Shown: positions 27,069 through 40,931, counted from the stretch's first letter. The stretch: 64,000 nt of DNA from Octopus vulgaris (GCA_951406725.2 OX597821.1:28024001-28088000), one strand, 5' to 3'. Numbers and translations are program-made. Notes: a model not told the origin generated them from the sequence alone.

Positions 27069-28050
27069 ACACACACACATCGCTTTTGAATTTGGTCTGC
27101 AAGATTCTCGATGTGCACATGTGTCTTAAAACAAATCTTGATTGTGTCTCGGAAGGGTCATTATGCCAATACTAAACACACGCCTCGATTCAGTTTCACT
27201 TATTTATTACTACTCGTTTGGTTATTTACGCAATTTGAAATAAGTCATTTGAAATAAACCAGTACAAGTCAATTAATGCGATCTAGAAATAAGAAAAGCT
27301 GAAAAATGTTTTACCATCATGTATGCTCTAATACACGCAAGTCTACAAATATAGAGTTTTGGAGATATATACACTCGATCAACACATACAGAGATACATA
27401 CCCATACAGATACCCATTTACAGATACGCGCACACACAAACACACACACATATAATTTGCAGACAGACCTTTATTCTACCTTCATATACACAATCGTATA
27501 TGTGTATACATATGCATATGTACACAGATATAGATATGTAAATATATGGCTTTATGAGTATGTGTGCCTATAAGCGTGTATGTCTATTCACTTCGCTGCA
27601 CAATAATAACGTAATACTAATGTCTTTGAGAAGAAAGCGATGTATTTCGGAGCACAAATATAGGTGACAGAATAAAGACATGATTTAAACTTAACGATTA
27701 TATAATATTTAGATATCGTATTAACTTTGCTTTTAACCTGAAATATAGTTTATTAAACCTTGTTAGGTGTGAGATCGATCTAGTTAGCAAGATTATTCGA
27801 TGGAAAATTAATAACAATATAGTAGTAGATACAGACCTTTCTCATTTAACTAATATTAATCGAATCGTACCTTGTTGTGATATAATCTCTAATGAAATCA
27901 GAGTTTTGGTTTACCTATTTTGTTATTCTAAATAAGTATTCATCAAAGACAAATGAGTTATTCAGCAATTTACAAGCTTTTCTGAACGCTACAGTATAAA
28001 TTACAAGAAGATAAGAATCGCAAAGCACGTTCATAAGAGACTGCTTTTAG

Positions 28051-28468
28051 GGATCTTTTCGGTTTGAACGGCAGTTTTTTCTAGCGGTGTCATATAAAAT
28101 TGTCACCCATAATTATGACCCTAGTATCGATCTATTGCATTTCAATCTATTTTAGGGTTAGGGTTAGTGTTAGGGGTGGGGGGAGGGTATATTTTTTTCT
28201 TCACAAATGTAAATATACCCAATCTGTTTCTTAAACGAGGGACATATTCATACGGCACAGTATGTTGTTTACCTCAATGGACGTCAGTGATTGGTTGAAA
28301 TTACAGAAATTGAAGAAAAAAACAAATATCTTACAAACTATAGAATTTTCTCAATAGAGCCAAGAGAAAAAGATGTTTTATAAACACATTCTACCAGTTT
28401 ACGAAGTTTAAAATTTCTTAGTTACCTAGAAATTATGTTAAAAACTGCCGTTCAAACCGAAAAGATCC
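28051..28468 (+). mobile_element. MITE with GG-terminal TIRs of about 29 bp, 8-bp TSD and internal TTAGGG repeats (Merlin-like)
   Basis: TIR GGATCTTTTCGGTTTGAACGGCAGTTTTT at both ends; TSD GCTTTTAG at 28043-28050 and 28469-28476. Confidence 0.95.
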
Positions 28469-28725
28469 GCTTTTAGATATGACCTAATCTTAGGACAAAA
28501 GACATAACCCATGTGTATTCGTGGGATGAATAAAAAGTCATTCGATAGACCGGATATCTGAGCTGTCAAATGATTATAGATATGGATATTAGATGACTTA
28601 AACAAAAATAGCTCCTCCTTTATGTTTTGCCTGTATAGTTAAGACATGTTAAGTACAAAGGCAGATAGGATCGAATGGTTTAGATCATCCGAGAAAAGGT
28701 ATAATCCAAGCATTCGAATTTCCTC

Positions 28726-29126
28726 ATTTACTCATTCACTTGTTTCAGTCATTTGACTGTGGCCATGCTGGAGCACCGCCTTTTGGTCGAGGAGATCGAA
28801 CCCAGGACTTATTCTTTGTAAGCGTAGTACTTATTCTATCGGTCTCTTCTGCCGATACGCTAGGTTACGGGGACGTAAACACACCAACATTGGTTGTCGA
28901 GCGATGTTGGGGGAGGGGGGCAAATACAACACACCAACATACACATATATATATACATATAGACGACGGGCTTCTTTTAGTTTCCGTCTACTAAATCCAC
29001 TCACAAGGCTTAGGTAGGCCCGAGGCTATAGTAGAAGACACTTGCCCGAGGTGTCACGCAGTGGGACTGAACCCGGAACCATGTGGTTCGTAAGCAAGCT
29101 ACTTACCACACAGCCACTCCTACGCC
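28726..29126 (-). mobile_element. SINE family A, full length
   Basis: Reverse complement of the family A layout. Confidence 0.93.
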
Positions 29127-29841
29127 TCCTCCTAATTCCTTTTCAGAATTATCATAGAAAATAACTTCATCATAATTAGCAATTATGATATCACGTTTGA
29201 TGCAAGCACTAGCTTGCTCAATCCTGTATGAAGCCGAAATGACAGCTTACTGAAATGCAATTTCGTGAAAATCCATAAAATGTTATTTGAAACACTGGAA
29301 GACAAAATTCAAATCACCTTTAAAGTAATCGTCGATAAAGCACCCCCTTGTTATCAGTAAGATTTTAAAGTGAACAGATTCATACCTAAGATTGTCCAAA
29401 TCTAAGACACTTGAGAAAAAAAGAATAAACAATGGCATCGCCTCACAAAATATCAAATCCTTACTAGTATCACTAGATAAATAGCCCATCCATTAGCAAT
29501 TCATATATTAAAAGTTTTTACAGTTTCGGTGAACTATTGCTGCCTCGTGCATCATGCATGCATCTATCGCAGAAGTAAAGGCATGGCATCTCCCCTGACC
29601 AGTGTCTACGTTGAAATAGATTGTGTGGGTGTTCTAGAAGAAGCAGAAATTATTAATATTCTTCTCTCACATCAAACTTTTATCGGCACGAGTGGAGAAA
29701 GTAGTGCTCACCAGCGGTGAATTAGTTAAAACGAGAAGTTTTTCGGTTAGTGATGATGGAACTATTCAAAAGGTGTGCATAAAAATCGGAGAAATACAGT
29801 TGGTAGTGTGCAGGTGCTGTCGATATCTTTGAAAATAATCA

Positions 29842-30231
29842 CTACGAGCAGAACGCCCCCAGTCCAATGGACAGTGCTGACTTGTCAAACATTTAAACCA
29901 AATTTTCTCAAAACAACTTGTCCGACCGTCCCTTTTTGTAGCATTATTTCAAGCCAGCCGGCATTTTTTTGCACAAACTGCTCGTGCATTTTTCTCGCGT
30001 ACGCGTAGAATCGATCGCAACAGCTGATGTACTTCTGCGTACAAATGCACGTTTTCACGGCTTTATCGATCGCATTCTCACCTGGAATCGATTTTTGCAA
30101 TTTTTTCATGACTTATATACGCCCTGAAACTGTCGGTATGTACATATCAAATTTGAGCGCAATCGGATGGAGGATGCCCAAGATCCTAGAAGACACACAC
30201 ACAGGCAGACAGAACGGATTTTATATAATAG
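29842..30231 (-). mobile_element. Probable non-autonomous Helitron, decayed 3' end
   Basis: Minus-strand start ctattatataaaatccgttctgtctgcctgtgtgtg resembles the 5' ends of the 20354 and 63190 elements; 3' hairpin and CTAG are not clear. Confidence 0.55.
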
Positions 30232-30641
30232 GTTACTATGACTAAATTTCGTGTAGATGACATTCAAAACAGCCTGGAAATATTTATCTATTCAATTGAA
30301 AATAGTAATTTCAGATGTGAATTAGGCTTCCGATTGCTTTTTAACAGCTCTTTAAAAGGTAATATAAACTTAGTTGTTATTACCACATGGTTGGATGGAC
30401 ATATTTCTGGGGGAACCTGTATTCGACCTAAAACCTTATTTATGGTAGAAGTAAATAAGTAGGACATAGAAGACAATTAAAAATCTTTTTATACCGAATG
30501 AAATATTTAAAAAACAATGAAACAATACAAAGTTTGCGAAAGTGCGTTTTGCTTGGAGCTCATGAAATTTGTTAAAATTGAAAAGGAGACTGATAGAACC
30601 CTATACATATATGCATGTATGTATAAATGTATGTATATATA

Positions 30642-31055
30642 CTCTACTCTTTACTCTCTTACTTGTTTCAGTCATTTGACTGCGGCCATGCTGGAGCACC
30701 GCCTTTAGTCGAGCAAATCGACCCCGGGACTTATCCTTTGTAAGCCCAGTACTTATTCTATCGGTCACTTTTAGCCGAACCGCTAAGTGACGGGGACGTA
30801 AACACACCAGCATCGGTTGTCAAGGAATGCTAGGGGGACAAACACAGACACACAAACATATACACACACATACATATATATATACATATATACGACGGGC
30901 TTCTTTCAGTTTCCGTCTACCAAATCCACTCACAAGGCTTTGGTCGGCCCGGGGCTATAGCAGAAGACACTTGCCGAAGATGCCATGCAGTGGGACTGAA
31001 CCAGTAACCATGTGGTTGGTTAGCAAGCTACTTACCACACAGCCACTTCTACGCC
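30642..31055 (-). mobile_element. SINE family A, full length, young
   Basis: Nearly identical to 40471-40931 in reverse complement. Confidence 0.95.
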
Positions 31056-31124
31056 TAAATCTATCTATAAATTCACATAGACATGTAAATACATCTTTAT
31101 CTTTATCCAATTATTGCAGTCATT

Positions 31125-31290
31125 AGACAGTGGGCACGCTGGGGCACCGCCTTGAAGAATTTTCGTCGAATGAATAAAACCCAGAACTATAGATAACTTT
31201 TGCCGAACTGCTAAGTTAAGTGGACGTAATCACACGAACCGCAGTTGTCAATCGGCTGTGGCGATGGAATCAACATAGACACATACACAC
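31125..31290 (-). mobile_element. SINE family A-related 3' half, decayed
   Basis: gctggggcaccgccttg...tttgccgaactgctaag...ggacgtaa blocks. Confidence 0.7.
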
Positions 31291-31384
31291 ACATATATAT
31301 ATAAAAGAAAAATGGGATTAAATAAATAAATGAATAAAGAAGAATAAATTATTAAGACTGGTAAAGATTATGTAGGGGGAGGAT

Positions 31385-31847
31385 CAAGAAGAAGAAGAAG
31401 ACGAAAAAGAAGAAGAAGAAGGAAGAATAAGGAGAAGAAGAAAAAGAAGAAGAAGAAGAAGACGGGGGAGGGTGGAGAGGGAGGAGAAGAAGAAGGAGAA
31501 GAAGCAGAAGAAGAGGAAGAAGAAGAAGAGGAAGAAGGAGAAGAAGGAGAAGAAGGAGAAGAAGATGAAGGAGAGGAAGAAGGAGGAGACGGAGAAGAAG
31601 AAGAAGAAGAAGAAGAAGAAGAAGAAGAAGAAGGAGGAGGAGGACGAGAAGGGGGAGAAGGAGAAGGAGGAGAAGAAGAATAAGAAGAAGAAGAAGAAGG
31701 AGGAGGAGGAGGAGGAGAAGAAGTAGAAGAAGAACAAGTAGAAGAAGAACAAGAAGAAAAAGAAGAAGAAAAAGAAAAAGAAGAAGAAGAAGAAGAAGAA
31801 GAAGAAGAAGAAGAAGAAGGAGGAGGAGGAGAAGAAGAAGAAAAAGA
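31385..31847. repeat. Degenerate (AAG/GAG)n polypurine tract
   Basis: Direct reading. Confidence 0.97.
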
Positions 31848-32464
31848 ATCGGGGGTTAAACAACATAGATAAATTAGGTAGAGCCATATATAGCAAATTG
31901 GTTTGTCTTGAAGTATGCATCTGGTCGGTCAGTACAAACAATCCCAGTCATCGAAATTGATCTGAAAGAAAACAAAAACTATGAAATGAATAGCATAGCA
32001 ATTGCTCAGGGTGGGGTGGAGGAGTTGTGTGGTCAGTGGCAGGGAAGCCATAAATCTCCTCCCAGCTAGCAGATCTTCTTTGTGACCCTAGAATGTGTTA
32101 GCAAGAGAAGAGATGCAATCAGAAAAAGCAAAGGAAAAGAGAAAGAGGCGGAAATCTAAAAGGGGTGACTGTGACTTAAAGGGTTAAAGCAGAACTTAGG
32201 AATTTAGAGGATAATTAAAGAGCGGTCAGGAGAATTGGAGAATTATAAACTATTTAAGTTAGAACGGATTTGGTTAAATGAATAAATAAGAGGCTTAGAC
32301 GGAGAATTAATATTAGTGATACGGAGTCTGAGAGTGAATGTAATTAAGGTGAATATATAACGTATTCAGTTTAAAAGGATTTTTGCTACCCTACCATCGA
32401 CCACACTACTCCCCCACCACTAACATCATAAATATCCTCTATGTTTGGTTACTAAAGAGTTGTC

Positions 32465-32917
32465 GGATATTTTCGTTTTGAACGTCAGTTTTTAACATAA
32501 TTTCTAGGTAACTAAAAAAATTTTTAACTTCGTATACTGGTAGAATGTGTTTATAAAACATTTTTTCTCTTGGCTTTATTGAGAAAATTCTATAGTTTGT
32601 AAGATATTTGTTGTTTTTTTCTTCAATTTCTGTAATTTCAACCAATCACTGACGTCCATTGAGGTAAACAACATTCTGTGCCGTATGAATATGTCCCTCG
32701 TTTAAGAAACAGATTGGGTTTATTTACATTTGTGAAGAAAAAAAGATACCCTTCCCTCCACTCCTAACCATAACCCTAACTAACTCTAACTAACCCTAAC
32801 TAACCCTAACCCTAATACAGATTGAAATGCAATAGATCGATACTAGGGTCATAATTATGGGTGACAATTTCATATGACACCGCTAGAAAAAAACTGCCGT
32901 TCAAACCGAAAAGATCC
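32465..32917 (-). mobile_element. Second copy of the TTAGGG-carrying MITE
   Basis: Reverse complement of 28051-28468 with a longer (CCCTAA/CTAA)n block at about 32763-32815; TSD degenerate. Confidence 0.93.
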
Positions 32918-33241
32918 GACATTGCCCCCAGCTGTCTATACTACACACGATCTGTATACTTATATTTTCGAACAAGGGAGATTAGCATCCCCATCCAGCA
33001 CGAAACAGTATCTGTGGACCGTACAGTTTCAGTGTTATTTCACTTCGTCGGCACAGAATAACTCTTCAGCTGAGATGTTGCTGCTAAATGCCCGTTCGGA
33101 AATATATATAATCTTCTAAATGACTCACAGTCACTCGTCTAATAAAATAGAAACATTGTTGCTCCTAAATCTCTTAACCAGAGATTTTCAGTAGAAACAC
33201 TTTAAAGTATCGATTTTTTATCAACCTGAAGTAGCAGTCCC

Positions 33242-33579
33242 GGATCTTTTCGGTTTGAACGGCAATTTTTTCCTAGCGGTGTCATATGAAATTGTCACCC
33301 ATAATTATGGCCCTAGTATCGATCTATTGCATTTCAATCTCTTTTGGGGTTAGGGTTAGTTAGGGTTAGTTAGGGTTAGGGTTAGGGGTGGGGGAAGGGT
33401 ATCTTTTTTCTTCACAAATGTAAATAAACCCAATCTGTTTCTTAAACGGGGGACATATTCATACGGTACATAATTTTTTTTATATCAATGGACGTCAATG
33501 ATTGGTTGAAATTGCAGAAATTGCAGGGAAAAAAAACAAATATCTTACAAACTATAGAATGTTCAAACCGAAAAGATCC
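33242..33579 (+). mobile_element. Third copy of the TTAGGG-carrying MITE, internally deleted near the right TIR
   Basis: Same TIR ends; TSD GCAGTCCC at 33234-33241 and 33580-33587. Confidence 0.95.
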
Positions 33580-33649
33580 GCAGTCCCATTTTGGGGTGAA
33601 TTCTACTGTTGTTTAGCCCCAGGAGACACCGTTTGCAGCTGGCTATACG

Positions 33650-34942
33650 ACACACAATTTGTGTCCTTATATTTTTACTCCCCGAACCTCCAAGCAGACG
33701 CAGCAGACAAGTACAAGTTCTACTTAGACACGTGCATGCTCCTCTAGTGAACTCCCATCCATGATAAAGTCATAATCCTAAATTTCAACGCCCTAGTGGG
33801 TCGAGTTTTAGAAAGCTGGAAAGGAGTCCTCGGAAAGCATGGGATTGGGTATGATAACGACAACGGGCGATTCTTGCTTGAGATTTGCACAGGAATATCA
33901 GCTCGTCATCACCAATAACATCTTCCAGCAAAGAGACAATCTGAAAACAATCTGGAAGCATCCCCGATCAAAATACTGACACCTGCTTGACTACGAGACC
34001 AGTCTGACGTCGTGCAAACCAGAGTGATACCTAGCCTTGAATGCTATACTGACCATCACCTGGTCCATTACAAATTCAACCCCCCCTTTAAACCTCAAAC
34101 CAACAAAATTAAGAGACAATCTTAATTTTAATACCATTGCCGACACAGAACTGACGTCGGTACAGCAGTTCACTTATCTTGGACGTACCATCTCATCAGA
34201 TATTAGCATCGACAAAGAAATTGACAACAGACTTGCAAAGGGAAAACCAGTATTTGGCAGACTATACAAGCGTGTGTGGAACAAGCATCTTAAGATCAGC
34301 ACAACAGTCAGCGTGTACAAGGTCGTCGTTCTCACGACACTCCTATATGGCTCTGAGTCTAGGGTCCGCTTCTTTTATCATCTCATGCTCCTTGAACATT
34401 TTCACTAACGCTGGCTCTGCACTACCCTCAAGTGACTACTGGAGTGACTACATCATCAACACGGGTGACGAGCGAGCAAAGGTCACCAGCCTGAAAGCCA
34501 TTTTACTTGAGACTTGACTGCGCTGGGTAGGGCACATTGACAGAATGAAAGACCACCGCCTACCCAAGATCATATTGTACAGTGAGTTCAAGACTGGCCA
34601 GCGCAACATTGGGACACCAAGGGACTGCTTGACACAGTCCCTTAGCGTTTGTGACATTGACTATCATGTGTGGTCCACTCTAAAAGGTCATCGCGTGGCT
34701 TGGCGCCACACCATTACCGATGCTGCTTCTTCCTTTCAGACCTCTCGCATTACCTCTCTTGGCGACACATGTCAGAGGCGAAAACATACTGCAGCTGCAT
34801 CATCACACCATGAAAAAGTATACCGCTGTCATCACTGCAATCGGATATGTCGATCCCACATCGGCGTCGTTATCAGCCATGAATGAGCGGGCAGGCGTTG
34901 TGGACAACAGCCTTCCTAATCTTCTTCAGAGAAACGATGTCA
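33650..34942 (+). mobile_element. RTE-clade LINE remnant: AP endonuclease fragment joined to the RT C-terminus and a terminal Cys/His finger
   Basis: Decayed WKGVLGKHGIG..NDNG, WKHPRSK and HLLDY (APE); FTYLGRTIS...EIDNRLAK...FGRLYKRVW, VVLTTLLYGSES, LRWVGHIDRMKDHRLPKIILYSE and CHHCNRICRSHIG. Many stops; RT core missing. Confidence 0.92.
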
Positions 34943-35103
34943 AGATATGTATATATATACGTACATACATACGTACATACATACACACACACACACATAT
35001 ATATATATATGTTCAGCAAAATTTAGATTCAGATGAATATGGTACTTAAGTCAAAGGCACCAGAATTTTATATGGTATTATCCATATCAATCCATGTGGT
35101 GAT

Positions 35104-35195
35104 TATAATCAAAATAAGCAACAAGTATATCCGAGGTAGCATGAAACGATCGTACCATATTACCTCGGATATACTTGTTACTTATTTTGATTATA
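35104..35195. repeat. About 92-bp fold-back inverted repeat abutting (TA)n
   Basis: tataatcaaaataagcaacaagtatatccgaggta / tacctcggatatacttgttacttattttgattata. Confidence 0.95.
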
Positions 35196-35207
35196 TATAT
35201 ATCTATA

Positions 35208-35265
<58 letters not shown>

Positions 35266-37231
35266 TATATACATATATATACATATATTAATATGTATAA
35301 ACATTCAGATTTACAAACCTACATATACACGTACTTACATATATATGTGCACGTATATGAATTTATGAAACAAAATTTAAATATATAATTGCCGGTGATT
35401 GGTATGCTTAAATTCACTTGAATTCAAGTAAGACTAATTTTAAGAGTGGAATAATTTTAAGAGTGGAATAAACTGGAAATTATAACCAATTAAAAGGAAA
35501 TATTTCTTGTTAAATTTTGTGTTATATGTCTTAGTAATTTTGTAAAGTACCTCTGTTTTATAAATCATCTATTTGCTATAATCCAGTTTTTTTTTGTTTT
35601 TTTTTAGGGCATTAACATTTTGCCAACATTTTTTAACTTCTGAGACATGAAAATTACTACTAAAGTTACAATATGTTAGTTAACACTTTCACACTACAGA
35701 ATTCTTTAAATTTAATCTTCTAAAATAAAGAATACAATACTTAGTACATCGAACTTACAAAGTAAAGCACCGGTACAATGTGCGATTTGTGACCAGGATT
35801 TCTGAAGGTCAATAACTTTATTTATACAGATTTATCCTCCATTACACGGTAAATGGACAACTCATTTCGAGTAACATTTTATGCACATACACAGCTCCCT
35901 CAAAAGACAATATGAAAACGCAACTACGATATCGAAGTGGTTTTAGATTTAAAGACATCTAAAACACCATCAAATATAAAATGGATAGCATTAAGTTTTA
36001 TAAAATGTTACACAGTCAATAAAAGACAGTGTCAGATTTGGCACGTGTAAAAAGTTATTTTCACAGAATTGCAGCCGCTTGACATTAAATAGAGATTAAT
36101 CTCAAATGGAGATACAGAACTTCTAAAATATTAAATCATATCGGACAACTTATTTCCGTTATTATGCCTTGGTTTTACCAAATAAACTGACACATAACAA
36201 GGAACTCTAAACATCAATTAATTTTCATACTATCCTCATAAATGGTATTCTCTCCATAGAGTTAAACATAAACGCCACATGTACAGGAAATTTCAATTAA
36301 CGATGGGTACTTGCCACACTTGAGGGGAGTGGTTAGCTCCTTTAATCACAATATATCAAACACAAGTTGTGCGTCATTAACAAACTGTAAAAGAAATTTT
36401 CCTGGGGTTGAAATGCAGTAACATAGTTCTGTATGGAACAGCCAAATTGAAGTGGCAACGAACATTACTTATCAGTAAAGTTACTACTTGAATCTCTTAT
36501 AGAGATTTTAGAATTAACTACTAACCCTAACCCTAATATCGTTAAACATAAATCGAGCATTGAACGGCCAAAGAAATACGTGATGGAGACAGAAAGAAGA
36601 ATTTAAATAATATATTAATTCATTTTCTAATGTAATACATTTGTTTAAATTTACAATATAAATATTTCTATTAAAAATATTTTGCTTTTGTTTATTTTGC
36701 AAATGCTGCCTTCATATACTCTAAGAGTTTTACCATATTACATATTTATATTCCCGAAATTATATTGTACAATCATGGTTATATTATTGAATACATTTAT
36801 AGTAAGTTTTTGTCATGTATTATTATCCATCTTCTGTAAAATATCTTTTTTGTTATGTATTTGATTAAATATTCAAACACATGCATATACAAACAGCTAC
36901 GTAAGCGTAGACACGATTGCTTGTGCACACACAGATGGGAAAGTACGTACACATGCGGAGGAAAGAATGTAACATGTTGATGTTTGTTTGTGCTTTTGTG
37001 TTTGTGTGTGTGGTGACTGCGTGGTGACTGTGTGGTACACGTGTGTGTGTGTGTGACTGCGTATATGAAGCAAGGCAAGGGAAGAAAATTTATATAGCGG
37101 AAGAAAGACGAAGGAAAGGAAGAATAAGGAAATGAAAATATAGGTTAAACAGAAGATAGACGAGTAGGACTTCCCACATATATATTTCGTTTATTTTAAC
37201 CCGTCAGACACCCATCCAGTTGTCTACACGT

Positions 37232-37620
<389 letters not shown>

Positions 37621-37859
37621 GCACGTGTGCAACCATGTGTGTTCATGATTGTCTTCTATTCTTTGAAATCAAATCCTCATACTAAACGCACTTTGAAAAC
37701 CATTTTCTACTGTCAAAACTCCGCGCCACCTCTCCACCAACCAGCGAATCCTCACCAACAATCTCATTCCGATTTACTCCATTTCCTTCCTTCGCATAAC
37801 TTCTAATCCCACAAATCCTCTCTGTCGCACATTGGATATCACGATGGAGAGATATGTTA

Positions 37860-38500
37860 GTCCTCAAGGACGAAGGAAGCTGGCATAGTGTTTCATAGGG
37901 ATGACGGTGCTGGTGTGGTTCCTAATAAAATGGACAGGATACGGATAGGATAAGGTAGAAATTATGCGACATATTTAGCCAACAGGAGCTAAAGCCTTCA
38001 AGTACAATTCATATTAAACTTAAAGAAATCAATTTCCTAGATATTAATACAAGTCCTATTACAGTCATTTTGAAACCCCGCCACCATAAATCAAATGAAG
38101 ATCCCTCTGATAATGACATAGGCTCTCAGCTATTGTCTTCAATAATCAAACAATTAGTAAATACATTTGTATGCGTGATTCCATTCTATTCGCTGGTGAC
38201 GCTAGTTTCAAAAACCTGCCCCATAATACAACACCGCCTCAGAAAGGTCCAAATTTAAGAACAGTATAACTTATGTTGAACTAAATGTAGGTAGACGAAG
38301 AAAACATACACGCAGGAAAATTTTATGATGCAATTTTATGATACAATATGAGTGTAGCTACGAACATATCTAGAACATTTCTGAAACTCACAGATAAGCA
38401 ATTCCCACACTTAGATAAATGCCACAAGATTTTCAATGGAAATACTATCAAAGTTCACTATCAAAGTTCACCAACATAAAGTCGATGATTTTCATTCATA
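37860..38500 (+). pseudogene. Decayed Penelope-like RT fragment, Naiad-like
   Basis: GIVFHRDDGAGV (YRDD-like), KEINFLDI...KP...KSNEDP and YNMSVATNISRTFLKLTDKQFP..DKCHKIFNGNTIKVHY, in the order expected for a PLE RT and thumb. Confidence 0.75.
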
Positions 38501-38732
38501 TTATGAATAACAAGATTAGGAGCATTCCCCAAAGATCGCAAAATTGTAGAACTCGAGACAATGTTGATTTTCGTTCGTAAATAATATGTAAACATCGGGA
38601 AACCTTATTCTCTAACGTCAAAACATTTCATGATTTCATGTGAGCAAAAAAGTCTCCTTTAGATGAATAAACAAGGAAAAAAAGAATAATGTACATACAT
38701 ATATATAATATGCATCCATATATATAAATATA

Positions 38733-38961
38733 TATTTATTTACTGCCCACAAGGGGCTAAACATAGAGGGGACAAACAAGGACAGACAAACGGATTAAGT
38801 CGATTACATCGACCCCAGTGCGTAACTGGTACTTAATTTATCGACCTCGAAAGGATGAAAGGCAAAGTTGACCTCGGCGGAATTTGAACTCATAACGTAA
38901 CGACAGACGAAATACCGCTAAGCATTTCGCCGGCGCGCTAACGTTTCTGCCAGCTCGCCAC
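38733..38961 (-). mobile_element. SINE family D, full length
   Basis: Reverse complement of the 11158 copy; flanked by TA-rich tracts. Confidence 0.94.
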
Positions 38962-40470
38962 CATATATATATGTGTGTGAGTGAGTGTGTGTTTGTGTAT
39001 GTGAGTGTGTGTGTGTGTGTGTGTGTGTGGGGGTGTGAGTGTATGTATTATATATATGTATGATAACTGCACCCATCAAAACAGTAATATATTTTGCCAT
39101 GAAACAGTAATATTATTGAGTGCTTTTTTGTATTCTTACACGTCAATGCTAATCCTAGTGGAATGCATTAGTATTATAAAAACATTGTTTTTTGATGCTC
39201 AAACACAGCGCTGAGGTGTATGAAAAGAAATAATTAATCAACATTGTTTACCTGTTGATTAAAACACCAACTAGAACAGAATAAACGACACTGATGTGAT
39301 ACCACTACATTTATGATTAACCACACGGAATTATTCAATCCCAAAGGGAATACGAAATACTACAGTAAATAGAGAAATAGTTTGCATGATCTAACATGCG
39401 GACGACGCATCAAAATTAATGGAACTAATCATAGAAGTACGATACACTACACTACTGCATACTTCATTTCACTACTGCAAAATTCAATACATTACAACAT
39501 ATCACTACAGCGTTACCACATCACAGGAATCGAACAGTTTCGAAATAAGTTGCATCATTGAAGCATAAACTTACATCCACTTGATGTATAGAAATATTTA
39601 AACTATTCAAAGCATTACGCTAACGATTTTCACTTTATTCAAACTGTATAAGTTTTACTCCATTGCAGTATGCGACGCACTATACATTACAATTTTGTAT
39701 TGATATTTGCATATCCATATAAATCATTCTATCAAAACCTTTACTCGGATCAGTAATCCGTATATCTCAATAGGCAAATGTGAACAACGGCAAAAGGTTC
39801 ATCAGAAATAATAGAATATAAATATATGCACAGGAGAGAAGATAAATTACATTGACATTGGAAATTATTCTAAAAATAAAAGAATACAATTATGGAATAT
39901 TCCTTCGTTATCATAGAAATCAATTTGCAAAAATACTATTTGAAATTCAAATTTGAGCAGTGTTTTTCTAAGTGATGCAACAAATATAATCCTTTTAATA
40001 TAAATCATTTCCACCTCTTCACTTTCTAAATGAACTGGCTTGTACACTTGTCATCTTTCATTTGCAACCAATTATGAATAGATGAGATTCTACCTACAAA
40101 ATTTCTCTGCAAAATATAAAATAATAAACAAAAAAGAGTTTCAAATTTTACATGTTATCTATATTCTTGATATAATATCATACGATCATCATACATGTTG
40201 TCTCTGAGATTTCGAAGGTACCGAATCTGCATTAAGTATTATTGAATTAAAATAAAACATTGAGCCAAGTTTTTGACTATATTAATTATTTGTTTCAGGT
40301 TAGTATAAACACGCGCGCGCACGCACTCATGCATTTATAAACACACAAACACATATTCAATGTATCTGTATATATACATAGTACCATAAATACAGATATA
40401 TATATACATATATATGTACATACATACATATATATATTCGTACATATATATATATATACATACATACACA

Positions 40471-40631
40471 CAGGAGTGGCTGTGTGGTAAGTAGCTTGCT
40501 AACCAACCACATGGTTCCGGGTTCAGTCCCACTGCGTGGCACCTTGGGCAAGTGTCTTCTGCTATAGCCCCGGGCCGACTAATGCCTTGTGAGTGGATTT
40601 GGTAGACGGCAACTGAAAGAAGCCTGTCGTA

Positions 40632-40707
<76 letters not shown>

Positions 40708-40931
40708 CGTGTGTATGTGTTTGTGTGTCTGTGTTTGTCCCCCTAGCATTCCTTGACAACCGATGCTGGTGTGTTTACGTCCCCGTCAGTTAGCGGTTCG
40801 GCAAAAGAGACCGATAGGATAAGTACTGGGCTTACAAAGGATAAGTCCCGGGGTCGATTTGCTCGACTAAAGGCGGTGCTCCAGCATGGCCGCAGTCAAA
40901 TGACTGAAACAAGTAAAAGAGTAAAAGAGTA
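40471..40931 (+). mobile_element. SINE family A, full length, young, internal (TA)n expanded
   Basis: Colinear and highly similar to the 30642 and 44345 copies. Confidence 0.95.

Noticed and set aside
30601-31126. Recurrent peptides such as DCGHAGAPP and PEPCGWLASYLPHSHSC in several ORFs, suggesting a gene family
   Set aside because: They are translations of SINE family A copies.
32763-33390. Opposed CCCTAA and TTAGGG blocks resembling a telomere-related junction
   Set aside because: The blocks are short and are internal parts of two MITE copies with TIRs and TSD.
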